Source: Chromatiales bacterium
Lineage (GTDB): Bacteria; Pseudomonadota; Gammaproteobacteria; CAMYNG01
Length of the DNA: 32,855 nucleotides
NCBI GenBank assembly: GCA_027021685.1
Contig: JALUTW010000341.1
Location: forward strand, 1-32,855
Direction of reading: 5' to 3'
Shown: positions 27,363 to 32,855 of the stretch, piece by piece
How the letters are laid out: every line of letters begins with the position of its first letter
Numbering within the stretch: position 1 is the first letter of the stretch
Made by a program: the position numbers and the translations under genes
The notes under the pieces: generated by a model
What the model was told of the DNA's origin: nothing
Databases searched by the model: none
The model's input: the letters and a program-made list of their open reading frames with translations, nothing else

Positions 27363-28373
27363 CTATTTCTGCAGCGGCCCGATCCAGCGCGGATCCGGGT
27401 TGTCGTCCAGCACGTAGCGGGTCAGGTCCTCGACCTTCGGCGGCGGACTCTCCTCGGCGAACCGGACGATGTCGTTCTCGATCTCGTCGTCGATCTCCTT
27501 TTCCATCGCCTTGATGTCCTCGGGCGTGATGACGCCCTCCTCGATGAGCCGGGCGCTGAAGATGCGGATGGGATCGCGCTTCTCCCACTCCTTCTCCTCC
27601 TCCCGGGTGCGGTAGCCCTTGGCGTCGGACATGGAGTGGCCGCGGAAGCGGTAGGTCATGAACTCGATGAAGTAGGGCCGGCGCTTGCCGCGCACGTAGT
27701 CGATGGCCTTCTCCGCTGCCTCCATCACCACGTCGATGTCCATGCCGTCGTGCTGCGAGGCCTCGATGTTGTAGGCGCACATGCGCTTGTACTGGTCGGT
27801 GACCGCGGTCGAGCGGTCGATGCGGGTGCCGATGGCGTACTGGTTGTTCTCGCACACGAACAGCACCGGCAGGTCCCAGATGGAGGCCATGTTCATGGTC
27901 TCGTGGAACGTGCCCTGGTTGTTGGCGCCGTCGCCGAGGAAGCAGATGGCGATCTGATCGGTGCTCTTGTGCTTGCAGGCCAGGGCCAGGCCCGCGGCCA
28001 GCGGGAAGGGCTGGCCCACCAGGGCGTAGCCGCCCATGAAGTTCACCGTGGGATCGAAGATGTGCATGGAGCCGCCGCGCCCGCGCGAGGAGCCGGTCTC
28101 CTTGCCGTAGAGCTCGGCCATGACCTCGCGCGGCGGGGCGCCGGTCTTGATGGCGTGGATGTGGTCGCGGTAGCCGGTGATGACGTAGTCGCCGTCGGTG
28201 CCGCGGTTGACCCGGGCCTTCTCCAGCACCCCGGTGGCCACCGCCTCCTGGCCCGAATACAAATGGAGGAAACCGCCGATCTTGCGCTCCATGTAGGCCT
28301 CGAAGCAGCGGTCCTCGAAGCGGCGGTAGAACATCATCTCGCGCAGCAGGCGCTTGCGGTCGGCTTCGTTCAT
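27363..28373 (-). CDS. pdhA: 2-oxoacid (pyruvate/acetoin-type) dehydrogenase E1 alpha subunit (ThDP-binding)
   Basis: It carries the ThDP motif region GDGANNQGTFHETMNMASIWDLPVLFVCENNQYA and RGHSMSD. It is the first gene of the minus-strand operon. Confidence 0.92.
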   Translation of the reverse strand: MNEADRKRLLREMMFYRRFEDRCFEAYMERKIGGFLHLYSGQEAVATGVLEKARVNRGTDGDYVITGYRDHIHAIKTGAPPREVMAELYGKETGSSRGRGGSMHIFDPTVNFMGGYALVGQPFPLAAGLALACKHKSTDQIAICFLGDGANNQGTFHETMNMASIWDLPVLFVCENNQYAIGTRIDRSTAVTDQYKRMCAYNIEASQHDGMDIDVVMEAAEKAIDYVRGKRRPYFIEFMTYRFRGHSMSDAKGYRTREEEKEWEKRDPIRIFSARLIEEGVITPEDIKAMEKEIDDEIENDIVRFAEESPPPKVEDLTRYVLDDNPDPRWIGPLQK

Positions 28374-28628
28374 GGAGCCCTTACCTTGTTAATTGCTTGT
28401 AAATCAAACGGCTGCGGGCCAGGCGGGAGCGGGCCGGGCCGGAAAGCGGCGTATGATCGGCCTTTTGGCCCATGAGGTCAAGGAAGGCCCGGCCCGCGGG
28501 TCCGGCGTCCGGCCCCCTTTTCACGGCGAAATCATCGATTTATGGTCACGGCGGCTAAACCCGGCCCGGCGCCTGCCGATAACGCGGGCAGTCCCCGGCG
28601 ACCCCCTGCGCAGGCTACGGACACGCCC

Positions 28629-29048
28629 ATGTCGGAACTGGTGATACGCGAATGGCTCGAACGCCTGGCCGAGACCGTGGCCCGGCGCGACCTGGACGGC
28701 CACATGGCATTGATCTCGAAAAAGGTGTATGTCTATGGCCTGCCCGGCGACAAGACGGTGGACTACGCGGGCTGGCGGCTGCGGCGCGAGAACGAGCTGC
28801 GCAAGGGGCTGCTGGCCGGCCTGCGGCACAACGGCGTCACCATCCGCAACATCGGCCTGCGCCGGGTGGGCTTCAACACCACCGAGACCCTGGTGGCCGC
28901 CAGCGGCCACGAGGTGGCGGTGAACAAGGACATGATCCTCGAACAGGAGGAGGACGGCCAGTGGCGGCTGGTGGAGGAAAAGATCCTCCACTGGCAGGTC
29001 CGCCCCGGCGGCGCACGGCATGAGCAAAAAGAAAAAGACCCGCCTTGA
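28629..29048 (+). CDS. NTF2/SnoaL-like small protein (hypothetical)
   Basis: The 139-aa translation ([29 protein letters not shown]...[11 protein letters not shown]) has the flavour of an NTF2-like/DUF4440 fold. Its 3' end overlaps the fumC start by 29 nt. No similarity search was possible. Confidence 0.55.
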   Translation: MSELVIREWLERLAETVARRDLDGHMALISKKVYVYGLPGDKTVDYAGWRLRRENELRKGLLAGLRHNGVTIRNIGLRRVGFNTTETLVAASGHEVAVNKDMILEQEEDGQWRLVEEKILHWQVRPGGARHEQKEKDPP

Positions 29049-30417
29049 ACGCGACTCCATGGGCGAGCTGGAGGTTCCGGCCGACGCCCTCTACGGCGCC
29101 CAGACCCAGCGCGCCGTCGACAACTTCCCCATCAGCGGCCTGACCCTGCCGCCGCCCCTGATCCAGGCCCTGGCCCGGATCAAGGCCGCCTGCGCCCGGG
29201 TCAACGCCGAGCTGGGCCTGCTGGACCAGGCGCGCGCGGAGGCCATCGCCGCGGCTGCCGACGAGGTGGCCGCGGGGCGGCACCTGGAGCACTTCCCGGT
29301 GGACGTGTTCCAGACCGGCTCCGGCACCTCCAGCAACATGAACGCCAACGAGGTCATCGCCCGCCTGGCCGCGGAGCGCGCCGGCGTGGACGTGCATCCC
29401 AACGATCACGTCAACATGAGCCAGTCCTCCAACGACGTGTTCCCCAGCGCCATCCAGCTCGCCGCCTGTGCCGAGATCTCGCACTGGCTGCTGCCGGCGC
29501 TGGATCACCTGGCCGCCACCATCGAGGGCCGGGCACAGGAGCTGGCCGGCGTGGTCAAGACCGGGCGCACCCATCTCATGGACGCCATGCCGGTGACCCT
29601 GGGCCAGGAGCTCTCGGGCTGGGCCCACCAGGTGCGCCAGGACATCTACCGCCTGCAGGCGGCCCTGACCCGGCTGGCGCAGCTCCCCGTCGGCGGCACC
29701 GCGGTGGGCACCGGCGTCAACGCCCCGGCCGACTTCGGTCCGCGCGTGTGCGCCCAGCTGGCCGAGGCCACCGGGCTCGCCCTGCGCAGCAGCGACAACT
29801 ACTTCGCCGGCCTCTCGGCCCCGGACGCCGTGGTGGAGACCAGCGGCCAGCTCCGCACCACCGCGGTGAGCCTGATGAAGATCGCCAACGACCTGCGCTG
29901 GATGAACAGCGGCCCGCTGGCGGGGCTGGCCGAGATCGCCCTGCCTGCGCTGCAGCCCGGCTCTTCCATCATGCCGGGCAAGGTCAACCCGGTGATCCCG
30001 GAGGCGGTGGCCATGGTCTGCGCCCAGGTCATGGGCAACGACGCCACCGTGGCCGTCGCCGGGCAGTCGGGCAACTTCCAGCTCAACGTCATGCTGCCGG
30101 TCATGGGCTACAACCTGCTCCAGAGCATCCACCTGCTCACCAGCGCCGCCCGCGTGCTGGCGGACAAGGCCGTCGCCGGCTTCCAGGTCAACGAGGACCG
30201 CCTGCGCGAGGCACTGGAGCGCAACCCCATCCTGATCACGGCGCTCAATCCCGTCATCGGCTACGAGAAAGGGGCGGCCATCGCCAAGCGCGCCTACGCC
30301 GAGGGCCGGCCGCTGCTGGAGGTGGCGCGGGAGATGACCGATCTGCCGGAAGAGGAACTGAAGCGCCTGCTGGATCCCCTGCGCCTCACCCGGGGCGGCC
30401 TGCCCGGGGGCGACTGA
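29020..30417 (+). CDS. fumC: Class II fumarate hydratase
   Basis: [43 protein letters not shown] and the [11 protein letters not shown] signature are all present. The length is 465 aa. Confidence 0.95.
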   Translation: MSKKKKTRLERDSMGELEVPADALYGAQTQRAVDNFPISGLTLPPPLIQALARIKAACARVNAELGLLDQARAEAIAAAADEVAAGRHLEHFPVDVFQTGSGTSSNMNANEVIARLAAERAGVDVHPNDHVNMSQSSNDVFPSAIQLAACAEISHWLLPALDHLAATIEGRAQELAGVVKTGRTHLMDAMPVTLGQELSGWAHQVRQDIYRLQAALTRLAQLPVGGTAVGTGVNAPADFGPRVCAQLAEATGLALRSSDNYFAGLSAPDAVVETSGQLRTTAVSLMKIANDLRWMNSGPLAGLAEIALPALQPGSSIMPGKVNPVIPEAVAMVCAQVMGNDATVAVAGQSGNFQLNVMLPVMGYNLLQSIHLLTSAARVLADKAVAGFQVNEDRLREALERNPILITALNPVIGYEKGAAIAKRAYAEGRPLLEVAREMTDLPEEELKRLLDPLRLTRGGLPGGD

Positions 30418-30537
30418 GCCGGGACGGCGGCCGGCGGGGCGGCACTCCCCGGTGCGGCGCGCGGCATTTTGAGAACGGGTTCTGGTCCGCTTGGACAACG
30501 ATGCCCTTTAATGCAATGATGCGGGCTCCGCCACCGG

Positions 30538-30819
30538 ATGACGCACGCCATGAGAATGCTGTCTGCCGCCTGCTGTCTCCTGCTGGCCGCCGCCGCGGCC
30601 GCCGGAGAGAGCATCGCGCCGGAATACCTGCCGGGTGACGACTTCGCGCCGCGTTTCGAACCGGGCGCCGCCGTGCCGCCACCGGCGCCCGAGGTCTATG
30701 CCCCCCGCTTCACCCCCGGCGCCACGCCCGAACCCGCCGCGGTGCCCGCCCCCGAACCCCTGACCGAACAACCGGTCCCGCCGCAGCCGGCCCCCGCGGC
30801 GGAGACCGACACCCCCTGA
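30538..30819 (+). CDS. Small Pro/Ala-rich putative secreted protein with an internal repeat (FAPRFEPGA / YAPRFTPGA)
   Basis: It has a signal-like N-terminus (MRMLSAACCLLLAAAAAAG) and ends 4 nt before sixA. Alternative starts are at 30550 and 30556. High-GC frames readily give Pro/Ala-rich artefacts, so this call is tentative. Confidence 0.4.
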   Translation: MTHAMRMLSAACCLLLAAAAAAGESIAPEYLPGDDFAPRFEPGAAVPPPAPEVYAPRFTPGATPEPAAVPAPEPLTEQPVPPQPAPAAETDTP

Positions 30820-30823
30820 GTTC

Positions 30824-31312
30824 ATGCTCCGCCTGCTGCTCCTGCGCCATGCCAAGTCCCAGTGGGGCAGCCCCGACCTGGCCGATGCCGACCGCCCCCT
30901 CAACGAGCGCGGCGAGCGCGATGCGCCGGAGATGGGCCGGCGCCTGGCGGCCGCCGGCCTGGTCCCGGCCCGGGTCCTGTGCAGCCCGGCGGTGCGGGCC
31001 GAGACCACCGCCCGCCTGGTGCTGGCCCAGATGGCCCCGGCACAGCCGGAACTGGTGCTGGAAAAGGGGATCTACGACGCCAGCCCGGCGCGGCTGCTGG
31101 ACATCCTCACCGCCCAGCCCGACGCGGTGACACCGCTCATGCTGGTGGGCCACAACCCCGGGCTGACCGAACTGGCCAACCGCCTGGGCCGCGACCTGCA
31201 CATCGACAACATTCCCACCTGCGGCGTGGTGTGCCTGGACTTCGAGATCGAAAGCTGGCGCCAGCTCACCCCCTACCTGGGCCGGCTGGTGCTGTTCGAC
31301 CGCCCATCGTGA
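30824..31312 (+). CDS. sixA: Phosphohistidine phosphatase SixA (histidine phosphatase superfamily)
   Basis: It has the RHA motif at the N-terminus (LLLLRHAKS), RPLNERGERDA, and HNP (LVGHNPGL). The length is 162 aa. Confidence 0.85.
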   Translation: MLRLLLLRHAKSQWGSPDLADADRPLNERGERDAPEMGRRLAAAGLVPARVLCSPAVRAETTARLVLAQMAPAQPELVLEKGIYDASPARLLDILTAQPDAVTPLMLVGHNPGLTELANRLGRDLHIDNIPTCGVVCLDFEIESWRQLTPYLGRLVLFDRPS

Positions 31313-31368
31313 CAACAGGCGGGACACGCCGGGTGCCATGGCCGCGCCATCGCACCGGGCAGGACCGC

Positions 31369-31431
31369 CTCCGTCCTCTGCCCTCCGTCTTCTGTCCTCC
31401 GTCTTCTGTCCTCTGTCCTCCGTCCTCTGAA
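31369..31431. repeat. Heptamer tandem array YTCYGTC x9 (minus-strand reading GACRGAR; rich in GGA/GGAGGA)
   Basis: It reads CTCCGTC CTCTGCC CTCCGTC TTCTGTC CTCCGTC TTCTGTC CTCTGTC CTCCGTC CTCTGAA. It abuts the stop codon (31432-31434) of the minus-strand gene and lies 57 nt after the sixA stop. Confidence 0.8.
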
Positions 31432-31926
31432 TTACCACCAGTACTTGTCGAACAGCTCGGGATGGGCCCAGTCGCGGCTGTTGAGCCAGTCGGGAGTGAT
31501 CTTGTAGTCGTGCAGGTCGAAGGTGTAGACGCGCACCTCGGCCTCGCCGCGCGGATAGCGGCCGATGCGGATGAGCCCCAGCGCCAGCAGGTCGGCCTCG
31601 TGCCAGGTGGCGGGATCATCGCCGGGCGCCACCCGCAGGGCCACCACCACCCGCTGGGCGTGGAGATCCCGGAGCCGTGCCAGCAGCATCTCCCCGGTGT
31701 GCTTGTCCACCCTCTCCAGCACGCCGGAGACGTAGGCCAGGTCCAGCCGCCCCAGTGCATCCACGCTGGCCAGCCAGTCGCCGTGGCTCACGCACACCAG
31801 GCGTGCCGCGGGATGGGCATGCAGGTACTCGTTGAACAGCCCGCACTCCCCGCCCAGCACCAGGATGGAGGCCGGGCGCATCTGCTCGGCGAGCCGGAGC
31901 ACGTCCTGCTGGTGGTCGTCGGCCAT
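31432..31926 (-). CDS. Conserved hypothetical protein (degenerate Rossmann/methyltransferase-like N-terminus; C-terminal ...NSRDWAHPELFDKYWW)
   Basis: A 164-aa ORF with an ordinary, non-repetitive composition, unlike the Pro/Arg/Gly-rich shadow ORFs. The ATG at 31926 is preceded by AGGTAAAGG. I cannot assign a family with confidence. Confidence 0.7.
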   Translation of the reverse strand: MADDHQQDVLRLAEQMRPASILVLGGECGLFNEYLHAHPAARLVCVSHGDWLASVDALGRLDLAYVSGVLERVDKHTGEMLLARLRDLHAQRVVVALRVAPGDDPATWHEADLLALGLIRIGRYPRGEAEVRVYTFDLHDYKITPDWLNSRDWAHPELFDKYWW

Positions 31927-31945
31927 GCCTTTACCTGATTCGTTC

Positions 31946-32192
31946 CATAAACTTCCTCCCCGTGGGATGAAGGGGTCAGGAAAAAAGCCCGTGTTCCGAT
32001 CCCCTCACCCTTGGCCCTCTCCCGCAGGGAGAGGGGAGCGTCTTTTCACCCGCCGCGGGGGGCTGGTGCCGTGACCGGTTTTTCCGTCCCCCTCTCCCCC
32101 GCATCGCGGGGGAGAGGGTCGGGGTGAGGGGGTGTGCACCGGGCAGCTCCCCGGCACCCCGCCGAAGACCGGACGAGTTTCATGCAACTGTC
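31946..32192 (-). repeat. Composite G/C-palindrome repeat element, copy B (inverted relative to copy A)
   Basis: Its reverse complement aligns with 21437-21795 (see copy A). It contains the palindrome CCCCTCTCCCCCGCATCGCGGGGGAGAGGG and GGGGTGAGGGGG. It fills the divergent spacer between the 31432-31926 gene and pyrC. Confidence 0.7.
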
Positions 32193-32307
32193 AGGTTCAG
32201 CCTAGCGCGTGGTGCCGGCCGGTGCGAGGCCCGGGGGTCGAAATGGGAACCAATTCCGCAGTGCCGCCCGTGGCATAATGGGTGCCGGCAACCGGAAACC
32301 CGCGCAC

Positions 32308-32855
32308 GTGGATACCCTCACCCTCACCCGGCCCGACGACTGGCACCTGCACGTGCGTGACGGCGCCGTCCCGGCCCACGTGGTGCCCGACACCGCCCGC
32401 CGCTTCGCCCGTGCCATCATCATGCCCAACCTGGACCCGCCGGTGACCACGGTGGCCCAGGCCCGGGCCTACCGCGAGCGCATCCTCGCCGCGGTGCCGG
32501 CGGCGTGCGACTTCGAACCGCTGATGACGCTGTATCTCACCGAGGCCACCACGCCGGAGGAGATCCACGCCGCGGCCGCCGACCCCTGCGTGCACGGGGT
32601 CAAGCTCTACCCCGCCGGTGCCACCACCCATTCCGAGGCCGGCGTGCGCGACCTGCGCCGGGTCCGGCCGGTGCTGGCGGCCATGGCCGAGACCGGCCTG
32701 CCGCTGCTGGTGCATGGGGAGGTCACCGATCCGGCGGTGGACGTGTTCGACCGCGAGACCGTGTTCATCGAGACGGTGCTGGCCGGGCTGCTGGACCGCC
32801 TGCCCGACCTGCGCGTGGTGCTGGAGCACATCACCACCGAGTTCGCGGTGGACTT
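32308..32855 (+). CDS. pyrC: Dihydroorotase (homodimeric class II type), 5' partial; runs off the window
   Basis: The translation (V)[18 protein letters not shown]...[13 protein letters not shown]...[14 protein letters not shown]...LLVHGEV...FDRE...VLEHITT is collinear with E. coli PyrC. The GTG at 32308 matches the ortholog N-terminal length. An in-frame ATG at 32278 is an alternative. A CATAAT lies at 32274-32279. Confidence 0.9.
   Translation, partial: MDTLTLTRPDDWHLHVRDGAVPAHVVPDTARRFARAIIMPNLDPPVTTVAQARAYRERILAAVPAACDFEPLMTLYLTEATTPEEIHAAAADPCVHGVKLYPAGATTHSEAGVRDLRRVRPVLAAMAETGLPLLVHGEVTDPAVDVFDRETVFIETVLAGLLDRLPDLRVVLEHITTEFAVD

Noticed and set aside
28873-30498. 541-aa minus-strand ORF opposite fumC
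   Set aside because: It is a shadow ORF; the fumC frame has the GSSxMPxKxN signature.
32278-32307. In-frame ATG at 32278 as the pyrC start
   Set aside because: It is possible, but it would add 10 residues not seen in the PyrC N-termini I recall, and it overlaps the candidate -10 (CATAAT). I prefer the GTG at 32308 and keep the ATG as an alternative.

Overview
High-GC (about two-thirds G+C by eye) proteobacterial chromosomal window. Gene content and order look gammaproteobacterial, Chromatiales/Ectothiorhodospiraceae-like; the taxon is inference only. It is mostly core housekeeping: purM-purN-DUF3108 (+); dcd and apbC (-) divergent from metG (+); the complete rnfABCDGE-nth block (+); nnrS (+); an MscK-like channel translationally coupled to a small membrane protein (-); argG (-); a heterodimeric-E1 2-oxoacid dehydrogenase operon (-); an NTF2-like ORF, fumC, a small Pro-rich secreted ORF and sixA (+); one conserved hypothetical (-); and the 5' part of pyrC (+). 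I found no rRNA, tRNA, CRISPR array, transposase or integrase.

The most interesting locus is 13726-16361. It is a compact four-gene cluster: a Sec-exported 114-aa precursor with seven Cys, each inside an EGxCG motif, then a DUF692/MbnB-type multinuclear non-haem iron oxidase (MNIO), a DUF2063 partner and a DoxX membrane protein. This is an hvf/oxazolin- or bufferin-type copper-binding RiPP system. A Cys-rich DUF433 protein and an FNR/Dnr-box promoter in front of nnrS follow it.

Other notable points:
- The E2 and E3 components of the dehydrogenase complex are fused into one 1024-aa ORF.
- Seven palindromic CTAYRTAG octamers are phased at 11 bp in an AT-rich island downstream of argG.
- Two inverted copies of a composite G/C-palindrome repeat element are present.
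- Heptamer arrays (YTCYGTC, which reads GACRGAR and is GGA/GGAGG-rich on the other strand) lie in convergent intergenic regions.
- A 29-bp perfect GC palindrome sits between apbC and metG.

The many very long ORFs antisense to or out of frame with these genes are high-GC shadow ORFs and are rejected.
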